Positions 28,142 through 37,132 of a DNA stretch of 64,000 nucleotides are shown one piece after another. Both the position numbers and the translations under genes were made by a program. The notes below the pieces were generated by a model. The model saw only the letters and a list, made by a program, of their open reading frames with translations, ran no database searches and was not told the origin of the DNA. The DNA lies in the NCBI GenBank assembly GCA_025774935.1, contig JALGZK010000010.1, positions 3,640 to 67,639 of the forward strand, written 5' to 3'. The stretch's first letter is position 1, and each line of letters begins with the position of its first letter. This stretch comes from a bacterium. Lineage in GTDB: Bacteria; Joyebacterota; Joyebacteria; Joyebacterales; Joyebacteraceae.

Positions 28142-29957
28142 CGAGCGTGAGTTCGTAGATCTCGACCACCGGGTTGTGGAACGAACGGCCGGGCCCGCGA
28201 TCGATCGACGGCATCGGGAACGTCTCGGCGAACCGCGCGACGCGGACGCCGTTCTCCCCGATCCAGTCGAGGAGCGTGCTCGGGCTGGGCGTGCCGGGCG
28301 GCTCCGCGCCCTCCATGGGCCGCCTCTGGTCCGCCTTGCTGGTGATCACGAGGTAGTCGGGGCGGATCTCCTCGATCGCCGCGATCATCGCGGCCTGGTC
28401 GTCGCCGGCCTCGGGGATCCGGAAGAGCTCCTGCCCCCAGCCGGAGCCGAAGATCCGGTACTGCGGGTGCCTCGCCCGACCGATGTCGAGCTCGAGCTCG
28501 TTGATGCGCCGCTTCGACGCGCTCCACGAGGAGACGCCCGTTTTGTCGGCTTCGATCGCGTGCTCGAGCTGCGCTGTCGCGCGGTTGAGCTCCGGCCCGT
28601 AGGACTCGACCACCACCGTGCTCCCCGCCTCGATGTTCTCCTCCACCCACTGCTTCGCCTGCGTGCGCGTGTCGGTCGCGTCGAGCGCGCGGACGAATCG
28701 GAGCGATGGCCACGCGGCGAACGCCAGCACGACGATCGCGACGGTCGTTGCCGCGGCCACCGCCGACGGGGCGCGCGACGTACCGCGTCCGCCGGGTGTC
28801 CGATCGAACGTCCCGAGCCCGAGCAGGAGGACGATCCCCGCGCCCGCCATGGCGGCGATCGCCGGGATCGCCGGCGTCACGTACGTCGAGCGCTTCACGG
28901 TGATCGCGATCAGGAACAGGAGGACGCAGACGACGTAGACGAGCGAGATGAGCGCGCCCGCGAGCCTGAGCTCGGGATGACCCGGTTCGAGCTTGTCGCC
29001 GGCCCTGCCGCGGCGCGCCCCCCGACCCTCGGCCACGCCGCGGCTGAGAGCGAGCACGAACCCGAGGACCGCGAGCAGGAGCACGGGGTAACCGACGCCC
29101 CGGCCGAGGCTCTTCCCGAACACTTCCCCGAGGCCTCGCCAGATCGAGCTCGCCTCCTGGGCGACGCCCGACTCGGACACCATCGTGAACTGCATGAGGA
29201 CGTCTCTCGAGAACTCGCCCGCGCTCACGACCGAGTACGGGGTTCCGATCACGAATCCGACGACGCACGCGACGATCGCGGCCGGGAGCACCCACGCCGC
29301 GATCGCCCGTCTCGAGACGAGGAAGACGAACGCCGTGAGGGTCCCCGCGAAGACGATCACTCCGGGGTACTTGGTGGACGCGGCCAGTCCGGCCAGGAGA
29401 CCCGAGAGAACGAGCTGGCTCGCCCGCCCGGAACGGACCGCGTAGAGAGCGAACAGGAGCGAGACCGACGCGAGGAAGGTCGTCGCCACGTCCGGAGTCG
29501 CGTAGTGCGAGTCGCGGACGTGAAGGAAGCCCACCGCGACCAGGGCCGCCGCGATGAGCCCGGCCGCCCTCCCGAAGGCCGTTCGGCCGAAGAGATACGT
29601 CGTCCAGACGGTGGCGACCCCGGCCGCCACCGAGACGTATCGTCCGATGAGCCAGAACGGCGTTAGGTCGGTGAGGTACGCGCGCGCGAGGTCGAGCGGC
29701 CCGCCGAACGTGCCGGCCGCCTTCCCGATGAGGTAGAAGACGGCGTAGAGGCCGAACACGAAGTACATCATCAGGGACGGCCACCTGAACCAGTGAGGGT
29801 TCATGTCGCCGGTGCCGAATCCGAGCGAGTGGATGAGGATCGAGCCCTCGTCGGGATGGTATGCGTGCGGGAGCCCCCACCCGATCCCCCAGATGCGGAT
29901 CCAGAGGGCGACCCCGATGATGACGATGAGGATGATCGTAGCGTTGCGTCGGCTCAT
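28068..29957 (-). CDS. GT39/ArnT-like (GT-C fold) membrane glycosyltransferase
   Basis: 629 aa; N-terminal polytopic domain with the HPDEG motif (AYHPDEGSILIH) typical of ArnT/PMT-type undecaprenyl/dolichyl-phosphate-sugar-dependent transferases; C-terminal soluble domain. Confidence 0.8.
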   Translation of the reverse strand: MSRRNATIILIVIIGVALWIRIWGIGWGLPHAYHPDEGSILIHSLGFGTGDMNPHWFRWPSLMMYFVFGLYAVFYLIGKAAGTFGGPLDLARAYLTDLTPFWLIGRYVSVAAGVATVWTTYLFGRTAFGRAAGLIAAALVAVGFLHVRDSHYATPDVATTFLASVSLLFALYAVRSGRASQLVLSGLLAGLAASTKYPGVIVFAGTLTAFVFLVSRRAIAAWVLPAAIVACVVGFVIGTPYSVVSAGEFSRDVLMQFTMVSESGVAQEASSIWRGLGEVFGKSLGRGVGYPVLLLAVLGFVLALSRGVAEGRGARRGRAGDKLEPGHPELRLAGALISLVYVVCVLLFLIAITVKRSTYVTPAIPAIAAMAGAGIVLLLGLGTFDRTPGGRGTSRAPSAVAAATTVAIVVLAFAAWPSLRFVRALDATDTRTQAKQWVEENIEAGSTVVVESYGPELNRATAQLEHAIEADKTGVSSWSASKRRINELELDIGRARHPQYRIFGSGWGQELFRIPEAGDDQAAMIAAIEEIRPDYLVITSKADQRRPMEGAEPPGTPSPSTLLDWIGENGVRVARFAETFPMPSIDRGPGRSFHNPVVEIYELTLGDAAEVMDAGTTDATEHAEEESGG

Positions 29958-30011
29958 GCGCTCCTCTCCGGACGCGGTCCCGCGGCTCTGCGCCGCGCGG
30001 CCCGGCGCCCG

Positions 30012-30371
30012 CTAGCTCCGCGAGATGACGAACACGCCGAGACAGATGATGACGAGACCTATGGTCCTCACGGCCGTGATGTGCTCCCCCAGAAAGAGCC
30101 AGGACGCCACGAAGACGAGCACGTACGCGAGGCTCACCATCGGGTACGCGAGGCTCAGGTCCACGTTTGACACCACCGCGATCCACAGGACGGCGGAGAG
30201 CCCGTAGCAGACGAAGCCGATCGCCACCTGCGGGACCTTGAGGATCGGGACGAGCTGACCCCACACGCTTCCTGCCGACACCTCGCCGTAGATCATCATC
30301 CCCTTCTTCATGATGACCTGGCCGGTGGCTCCCAGCAGGACCGCCGCGAGGATGAGCGGGATTCCCTTCAT
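30012..30371 (-). CDS. Small 4-TM DMT/SMR-like membrane protein (ArnE/ArnF- or GtrA-like flippase subunit)
   Basis: 119 aa, four hydrophobic helices, MKGIPLILAAVLLGATGQVIMKKG N-terminus typical of EamA/SMR-like Und-P-sugar flippase subunits; sits between the GT2 and GT39 genes. Confidence 0.65.
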   Translation of the reverse strand: MKGIPLILAAVLLGATGQVIMKKGMMIYGEVSAGSVWGQLVPILKVPQVAIGFVCYGLSAVLWIAVVSNVDLSLAYPMVSLAYVLVFVASWLFLGEHITAVRTIGLVIICLGVFVISRS

Positions 30372-30426
30372 CGAGCGCCTCCTCCACGAACCCGGACCGG
30401 CCGCGCGCCGCGGCCCCGGGCACGGA

Positions 30427-31179
30427 CTACGATGGTCTCCTGATGGCCTGACGTCCTGCGGCGACCATCACGAGGTATCGCCTGATGGTGTCCAGGATGT
30501 TCATCTTGCTCGCGCCGCCCTTCCTGTCGTACCTGAGGACGAGCGGCACCTCTGTCACGCGCGACGGGAGCTGCGCGAGCTTGAGAAGCACCTCGGCGGA
30601 CGAGACGAACCCGGACTCCGTGATGAGGTCGTCTCCGAAGACCCGGAATCCCGCCGCGAGGGTCGAACCCCTGTAGGCCCTGTATCCGCACGAGTAGTCC
30701 CGCACCCCGGGCACTCGCAGGAACGTCCTCAGGAGCATGCTCGCACCCTTGCTCAGGAAGCTCCTGAGAGGCGACAGCCCGACCTCCCTTCCGCCCTTCG
30801 CGTACCTGGAGGCGATGACGATGTCGTAGCCGTCATCGATCCGCTCGAGCATGTCCGGTATGATCGACGGATCGTGCGTGTCGTCGGTGTCCATGCCTAC
30901 GAGCACGCCGTCCTCGCCCGCGATGTCCTTGCCGCGAGCGAACCCGGTCCTGAGCGCCTCCCCGAGGCCGCGGTTGGTCTCGTGCGTCTCGACCGTCAGC
31001 TCGAGCCCGAGCTCCCGGGCGCGCTCCCTGGCCTTCTCCGCGGTCCCGTCTGAGCTCCCGTCGTCGACGAGGAGCACGCCCGCGGGACGGTCGACCCGGC
31101 CGAAGACGGCCGCGATCTTCTCCAGCAGGGGCCCGATCGCTCCGGACTCGTTGTATGCCGGCAGCATCACTACGAGCAT
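30427..31179 (-). CDS. GT2 polyprenyl-phosphate glycosyltransferase (ArnC/GtrB/DPM1-like)
   Basis: 250 aa; MLVVMLPAYNE start, VLLVDDGSSDGT (DxD-type), VGMDTDDTHDP; GAGGA Shine-Dalgarno upstream. Confidence 0.85.
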   Translation of the reverse strand: MLVVMLPAYNESGAIGPLLEKIAAVFGRVDRPAGVLLVDDGSSDGTAEKARERARELGLELTVETHETNRGLGEALRTGFARGKDIAGEDGVLVGMDTDDTHDPSIIPDMLERIDDGYDIVIASRYAKGGREVGLSPLRSFLSKGASMLLRTFLRVPGVRDYSCGYRAYRGSTLAAGFRVFGDDLITESGFVSSAEVLLKLAQLPSRVTEVPLVLRYDRKGGASKMNILDTIRRYLVMVAAGRQAIRRPS

Positions 31180-32333
31180 CGGTTCACGTTCCTCACTTTC
31201 GGCACGAAGTCCGCGGGGCGCGACGTCTTGCCGACGCCGAACGCGTGTTCGATGCCGTCGACGATCCTGACGGCAGCCCGCCCGTCGCCGTAGGGGTTCA
31301 CGGCGTTCGCCATCTCCGAATAGAGCCCGTCGTCGGTCAGGAGCGCGGAGATCCCCTCGGCGACAGACCTCTCGTCCGTCCCGACGATCCGCACGGTTCC
31401 GGCCTCGACCGCCTCCGGCCGCTCCGTCTCGTTCCTGAGCACGAGCACCGGCTTCCCGAGGGCCGGGGCCTCCTCCTGGAGGCCGCCCGAATCGGTCACG
31501 ACGATCGCGGCCTTCTTCATGAGGTCGACGAACGGCGCGTAGGGCATCGGATCGACGAGGTGGATCCGCGCGTGGCCCGAGAGGACCGCGCGCGCCGTCT
31601 CCTGAACGCGGGGGTTCAGGTGGACGGGATAGACGACCTCGATGTCACTCAGGTCGTCGGCCACGGTCCGGAGAGCGCGACAGATGTTCTCGAGCGGCTC
31701 CCCGAAGTTCTCCCGCCGGTGCGCCGTCACGAGGACGAAGCGTCCGCCCACCGGGACGCCGTGGGGCGGCGCCTTCGGGTCGCCGGCGACCTCGAGGAGG
31801 GCGTCTATGACCGTGTTGCCCGTGACGTAGATCGAGTCCGCGGATACGCCTTCGTCCAGGAGGTTCCGCCTGGCCTGCGCGGTCGGGGCGAAGTGGTAGA
31901 CCGACAGCGAGTCTGCGACCCTGCGGTTCATCTCCTCAGGAAACGGCGTGTAGAAGGAGTGCGTACGGAGTCCGGCCTCCACGTGTCCGACCGGGATCCG
32001 TCTGTAGAAGGCGGAGAGGGACGCCGCCATCGTGGTGGTCGTGTCCCCGTGCACCAGCACGAGGTCGGGGCTCTCGGAGGCGATGACCTCGTCCATGCCC
32101 TCGAGCACCGCTGAAGCCACGCGCCACGGGGGCTGGTTGTCGGTCATCACGCGCAGGTCGACGTCGGGAGCGATCGCGAAGAGATCGAGCACCTGGTCGA
32201 GCATCTCGCGGTGCTGGCCCGTCACGCAGATGCGCGACTCGACGCGCCCCTCGCGGGAGGCCAGCTCCTCGATGACGGGTGCCATCTTGATGGCTTCGGG
32301 ACGGGTCCCGAAAACCGAGAGCACTCGGACCAT
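31170..32333 (-). CDS. wecB: UDP-N-acetylglucosamine 2-epimerase (non-hydrolysing)
   Basis: ORF 31170..32693; start at ATG 32333 (MVRVLSVFGTRPEAIKMAPV) with GAGGAG upstream; conserved VTGQHREMLDQVL and HVEAGLRT motifs; the upstream 120 codons are Arg-rich and rejected. Confidence 0.9.
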   Translation of the reverse strand: MVRVLSVFGTRPEAIKMAPVIEELASREGRVESRICVTGQHREMLDQVLDLFAIAPDVDLRVMTDNQPPWRVASAVLEGMDEVIASESPDLVLVHGDTTTTMAASLSAFYRRIPVGHVEAGLRTHSFYTPFPEEMNRRVADSLSVYHFAPTAQARRNLLDEGVSADSIYVTGNTVIDALLEVAGDPKAPPHGVPVGGRFVLVTAHRRENFGEPLENICRALRTVADDLSDIEVVYPVHLNPRVQETARAVLSGHARIHLVDPMPYAPFVDLMKKAAIVVTDSGGLQEEAPALGKPVLVLRNETERPEAVEAGTVRIVGTDERSVAEGISALLTDDGLYSEMANAVNPYGDGRAAVRIVDGIEHAFGVGKTSRPADFVPKVRNVNRCS

Positions 32334-32338
32334 GCGTG

Positions 32339-34591
32339 CTACTCCTCTTCCTCCTCGAGCTCGCTGCTGTCGGACGTGTAGCCGTAGTAGCGGTAGTCGT
32401 AGTAGTACGGCAGCACGCGCTCGAGGTTGTTGACGACCACACCGAGCACGTTCTCCTTCTCGTCCCGCTGCAACTGAACGCCGCGTGTGACGACCTCTCT
32501 TGGAGTCACGCCGGCTCTGAGAACGATCACGACGCCGTCCACCTCGCCGCCCAGGATCATCGCGTCGGGCACGGGCAGGTTGGGCGCAGTGTCGAGGATC
32601 ACGGTGTCGAAGCTCGCGAGGAGCTCCGCCATGACGCGCGACCCGGGCATCGACTCGAGCAACCACGTCGGCTGATCTCGCCGGGTCCCGCACGGCAGGA
32701 CGAAGAGGTTCGGCAGCTTCGTCGGCTTGATGTCCGTGCCGAGGAGGTTTCCCCTCTCGAGAGCGTCGGAGAGCCCGGGCTTGGACGCCACGGCCATGAG
32801 GCGGTGCGCGCGGGGCTTCCTGAGGTCGCAGTCGACGAGGACGGTCCTGTGCCCGTAGTGCTTCGCGAGCGTGATGGCGAGCGAGGCCGCCGCGGTCGAC
32901 TTCCCCTCCCCCCTGTTCGCGCTCGTGACCAGGATCGACTTGGGGATGTCGCGCCCCACGCCGCGCGCGATCCTCCTCGCCATCCTCCTGAACTCGAAGC
33001 TGACCGCGGTCTCCCGCACCATGTGCCGGAGGAGCTCCGAGTCCCCGTTGGATGGCCCCGCACCCTTCTTCCTTACCTTCTTCGCGGCCTTCTTCTCCCT
33101 CGCCGAGATGCCTCGCAGAACGTCGCTGCTCGGGATGGTCGCCAGCACGGGAACGCCTACCGCGGCCTCGATCTCGTCGATGTTCTTGAAGGACGTGTCT
33201 CCCTGCTCCGAGACGAGGATGGCGGCGAGTCCGACGACGGCGCCTCCGAAGACCGACATCACGAGGATCATCAGCTTGTCGGGAGCGACGGGCGAGGTCG
33301 GGCGGACCGGGGGCTCGATGATCTCGAACCGCCCGCCGGCTCGCGCGGCCTCGAGAGCCTCCGTGATCTGGCCGGCTGCGGTCTGCTGTAGAAACGCCTC
33401 GTAAAGGGCCCGCGTCGACTCGACCTCCTGCTCGAGCCTCGTGATCTCGAGCTGGCTTCCCGCGGCCGACGCGCGGCCGCGCGTGTAGTCCCGCATGAAC
33501 CTGCCGAGCACCGACGCCCGCTCCGAGATCATCTGCTCCTCCACCTGAGCGATTCGGTACTGAGCGAACGCCTCCAGGATGTCCGGCGCGGCTCCCGGCA
33601 CGGCCGCCGCGGCCAGTCTCCTCGCCTCCTGGCGGTACTGGTCCTTCTTCTCGGCCTCGCTGACGTAGAGCGTCGTGATCTCGGGACCCTCCTGCGCCGA
33701 GAGTACGAGCACGGAGGCGACCTCCCGCTCGAGCTCGACGAGCTGCTCGGAGTACGACGTGAGGAGGTCGGACTCGAGCACCGAGAGCCTGTTGTACGAG
33801 TTCCCGGCGAGGCCCATCAGGTCATTTCGCTTCTCGTTGACCCGCTCGCCGGCGCGGTCGCGCTCGACGGTCGCCTGACTTATGAGGATGTCGACGCGCC
33901 CGACGTTCGTCGAGTTGACGGGGTTGGCCATCGAGTAGCCGACCGCCTGGCTCTCGCGGTAGTCCTTCAGGCGCAGTTCGGCGTCGTCGAGCTTCTGCCG
34001 GTAGATGACGAGCTGCTCGATGCTGAAGTCGTAGACCGCCCTGATCTCCTCGAGCTGCTCGCGGTTCGACGCACTCACGAAGGCGTTGGTGATGTGCTGC
34101 GCGAGGAGGGTCGCCCGGTCGGGATCGGTGTCCCGTATCACGACCTGGAACCCGTCGGTCGACGAACGGTGGACGCTGATCCGTCGACGGAGCCCCTCCA
34201 CGGCCGCCCCCTCCGCCAGATCCTGGACCGGGATCGCCGGATCCTCCGCGTACGTCTCCTCAGCCCACGCCTTGATCCCCGGATCCTCCGCGAGGTCGAG
34301 CGAGCGGACGAGTTCGACGAGGAACGCCCTGCTCTTCAGCTTCTCCTGAACTCGCGAGAGTTGCTCCTCCGCCGGCGACCGTCCGATGATCTGCGCGAGC
34401 CCCTCCGAGAACCTCTCCTGCACCTTGACGACTATCGTGCTCCTGGCCTCGTAGACCGGCGCGAGCGTCTGCGCGACCCCGAAGCCTGCGCCCCCGGCCA
34501 CGACGATCGGGACGATGAGTAGCCACTTCCGCCTCCACACGGCCCTCAGGAGCGCCATAACGTCGATAGTCTGTACCGGCTGGTCAGGCAT
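32339..34591 (-). CDS. Polysaccharide co-polymerase / tyrosine autokinase (Wzc/EpsG-like, chain-length determinant fused to BY-kinase)
   Basis: 750 aa; N-terminal TM (WLLIVPIVVAGGAGFGV), long coiled-coil periplasmic region, second TM, Walker A (SANRGEGKST), DTAP motif, C-terminal Tyr cluster YYYDYRYYGY. Confidence 0.85.
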   Translation of the reverse strand: MPDQPVQTIDVMALLRAVWRRKWLLIVPIVVAGGAGFGVAQTLAPVYEARSTIVVKVQERFSEGLAQIIGRSPAEEQLSRVQEKLKSRAFLVELVRSLDLAEDPGIKAWAEETYAEDPAIPVQDLAEGAAVEGLRRRISVHRSSTDGFQVVIRDTDPDRATLLAQHITNAFVSASNREQLEEIRAVYDFSIEQLVIYRQKLDDAELRLKDYRESQAVGYSMANPVNSTNVGRVDILISQATVERDRAGERVNEKRNDLMGLAGNSYNRLSVLESDLLTSYSEQLVELEREVASVLVLSAQEGPEITTLYVSEAEKKDQYRQEARRLAAAAVPGAAPDILEAFAQYRIAQVEEQMISERASVLGRFMRDYTRGRASAAGSQLEITRLEQEVESTRALYEAFLQQTAAGQITEALEAARAGGRFEIIEPPVRPTSPVAPDKLMILVMSVFGGAVVGLAAILVSEQGDTSFKNIDEIEAAVGVPVLATIPSSDVLRGISAREKKAAKKVRKKGAGPSNGDSELLRHMVRETAVSFEFRRMARRIARGVGRDIPKSILVTSANRGEGKSTAAASLAITLAKHYGHRTVLVDCDLRKPRAHRLMAVASKPGLSDALERGNLLGTDIKPTKLPNLFVLPCGTRRDQPTWLLESMPGSRVMAELLASFDTVILDTAPNLPVPDAMILGGEVDGVVIVLRAGVTPREVVTRGVQLQRDEKENVLGVVVNNLERVLPYYYDYRYYGYTSDSSELEEEEE

Positions 34592-34657
34592 GTACCCCCC
34601 GTGAGTTCGGATGTGCTCGTGGCATCGATGCCGTCCCGCTCGCTGCTCGAGAGCCGC

Positions 34658-35695
34658 CTACGGTGTCGTTGTGGTTGTCTGCTGCTGCTGCGCCGTCGCG
34701 ATCGCCGCGTTCCTGAACCTGCGGTCGTCGATCTCCCGCTCGATGCTGAGGTAGAGGAGGTAGGCGGTGAGCACCTGGGTCGTCGCGGTGAGAAGCGCGC
34801 CCGCGGCGTTCCAGAACTGGCCGCCGAACGTGTCCTGCGTCGATCCGATGACCACCCTGTCTCCCGCCCTCAGGAAGAACGGCTTCGGCGTGCCGCGTGT
34901 GAGCACGCTCTTGAGGTCCACCTTCGCGACGGCGTGCCCCTCGCCCGCGTCCATCACCACCGAGACCTCGTCCAGTCGCGCGTCGACCGTCGTGCCTCCC
35001 GCGATCGCGATGAGCTGGAAGAGGTCGATCCTGTCCGACGTCGCGTACGCCCCGGGCGTGTTCACCTCGCCGAAGATGTAGACCATGCCCGGGCCCGCGA
35101 GGCCTCCCCCGCCAATGATCGACGGGATCTCGATCGTGTCGCCGGGCATGAGCGCGGGGAGCGGCTGCGCCGTCTCGCCTCTCATGTACGCGCCGAGATC
35201 GACGTTGATGAGCTCGGGTCCGCCGATCGAGGGTCTCAGGATCGAGACGTTGGAGAGGTCGGCGCTCGGGAGCGCCCCTCCGGCGGAACTGAGGAGCTGC
35301 AGGATGTCGGGGATGGCCTCGAAGCTGTAGCGCCCGGGCGCGGTGACCTGTCCGGTCAGATAGACGGCTCTGCTGTTGAACTGCTCGACCGACACCGTTA
35401 CCTGGGTGGTCTCCCTCGTGTAGTCTCTCAGGCGCTGGACGATCTCCCTCGAAAGCTCGGACGGAGTGAGTCCGGCCGCCGTGAGCTCGCCGATCGGGGG
35501 GAGCGTGATCGTCCCGTTCGATTTGACGGTGACGTCCTGGTTCAGGTCGGAGTGACGCCAGACCGCGACCCTGAGCACATCGCCCGGGCCGATGACGTAC
35601 TCGATTCCCTGCTGCTGCGCCGGCGCCTCGACCGCAACGAGCGGCAGGATCATGGTAACGAGCAGGATCGATGACACGAGCTTTCTGCTGGACAT
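34658..35695 (-). CDS. Polysaccharide export protein (Wza/EpsE-like, Poly_export + SLBB domains)
   Basis: ORF 34658..35845; start at internal ATG (MSSRKLVSSILLVTMILPLVAVEAPAQ signal peptide); motif YVIGPGDVLRVAVW typical of Wza-like proteins; C-terminal helix AGALLTATTQVLTAYLLYL. Confidence 0.85.
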   Translation of the reverse strand: MSSRKLVSSILLVTMILPLVAVEAPAQQQGIEYVIGPGDVLRVAVWRHSDLNQDVTVKSNGTITLPPIGELTAAGLTPSELSREIVQRLRDYTRETTQVTVSVEQFNSRAVYLTGQVTAPGRYSFEAIPDILQLLSSAGGALPSADLSNVSILRPSIGGPELINVDLGAYMRGETAQPLPALMPGDTIEIPSIIGGGGLAGPGMVYIFGEVNTPGAYATSDRIDLFQLIAIAGGTTVDARLDEVSVVMDAGEGHAVAKVDLKSVLTRGTPKPFFLRAGDRVVIGSTQDTFGGQFWNAAGALLTATTQVLTAYLLYLSIEREIDDRRFRNAAIATAQQQQTTTTTP

Positions 35696-36079
35696 CGTTC
35701 GTCCCCCCGAGTCAGAACTGCGTGGAAGTCGCCGGTCGTGCCGGCGGCGTCCCGTCTGTTCCACGTTCTCGCTGAGTTCCCAGAGTTGTGCGGCACACGA
35801 CGGGCGGCCCGGGACGCGAGTCCCGCAGTCGCCCGGCGCACACATGGTTACCGGCTACGGACACAGCGGTCAACAGGAAACAGTCAGAACTGTTGCCTTT
35901 TCCGACACCCCCACTCCAGCCACTCGCACGGGTCATCTCTAATACCTTGCGGTTCAACAAGTTACGGATATCCACAAGGGGGGCTCCGCGTGCCGGGAGC
36001 GAACGCAGGGACCCCCCGGAAAGCACACAATGAAGCAGTTCCGGGGGGTCCTTTTGCATCACCTGTGCCAGAGAGAACC

Positions 36080-37132
36080 CTATTTGAGGGCCATTCTGAC
36101 GATTCTGTCCACCAACTCGCCAAATCCGATCCCCGCCGCGGCGGCCGCCATCGGGACAAGACTCACGTCCGTCATGCCGGGGACCGTGTTGATCTCGAGG
36201 CAGAAGACGCCGTTGTTGGGAGCGACGCGGTAGTCGGCGCGCGCGTACCCGCGGCAGCCGAGCGCGCGGAACGCGTGGAGCGCCGTCGCCTCGAGGACGT
36301 CAGCGAGCCGCTTCGGAACGTCCGCCGGGCACGTGTACTCGCTCATGCCCTTCGTGTACTTGCTCTCGTAGTCGTAGAGCCCGCCCTTCGGCGCGATCTC
36401 CACCACGGGGAGCGCTTCCCCGCCGAGGATCGCGACCGTCATCTCGCGCCCCGGGATGTATGTCTCGAGCAGCACGTGGCGCGAGTACTCGGCCGCCGAC
36501 CTGATCGCCCCGACGAGCTCCTCCTCGCCCTCGACGACGGTGAGTCCGACCGTCGATCCCTGGTCGTTCGGCTTGACGACGAGCGGGTAGCCGCCGACAC
36601 GCTCCGCCGCCTCGAGAGAGTCCGAGACGGAGAGGTCGTCGGGCAGCCACGGCGAGCCGCCCCGCTCGTCCGCCGCGAAGCTGCCCTCGAGCGAGACCAC
36701 GGCCCACGCCGGTGTCGGCACCCGCGATTCCCTGAAGATGATCTTGGACGCCCGCTTGTCCATCGCGAGCGCGCACGCGAGTACGCCCGAACCCGTGTAC
36801 CGTTTCCCGGCGAGCTCGAGAAGCCCCTGGACCGTGCCGTCCTCGCCCGACCCGCCGTGGAGCGCGACGAAGACGACGTCGGCGCCCTGCACGGCTTCGC
36901 CCGTGACCGCGCGGAGCGCCGCCCCGGCCTCCTTGAGGATCGGCGGCGGCGCGGCGCCGATCTCGGCGGCGGCCGCGGCCTCCCTCGCCCCCACTGCGGA
37001 GTCGCCGACGGCCGGATCGATCAGGAGCACGTCGTGTCCCGCGTCCGCGAGCGCCAGCCCGACGGCCCGGCCCGTGACGAGGGAGATCTCGCGCTCCGCG
37101 GACGTTCCACCGTAGAGAACTGCGATCCTCAC
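36080..37132 (-). CDS. ddl: D-alanine--D-alanine ligase
   Basis: 350 aa; MRIAVLYGGTSAEREISLVTG...ALHGGSGEDGTVQGLLE...ATP-grasp motifs. Confidence 0.9.
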   Translation of the reverse strand: MRIAVLYGGTSAEREISLVTGRAVGLALADAGHDVLLIDPAVGDSAVGAREAAAAAEIGAAPPPILKEAGAALRAVTGEAVQGADVVFVALHGGSGEDGTVQGLLELAGKRYTGSGVLACALAMDKRASKIIFRESRVPTPAWAVVSLEGSFAADERGGSPWLPDDLSVSDSLEAAERVGGYPLVVKPNDQGSTVGLTVVEGEEELVGAIRSAAEYSRHVLLETYIPGREMTVAILGGEALPVVEIAPKGGLYDYESKYTKGMSEYTCPADVPKRLADVLEATALHAFRALGCRGYARADYRVAPNNGVFCLEINTVPGMTDVSLVPMAAAAAGIGFGELVDRIVRMALK

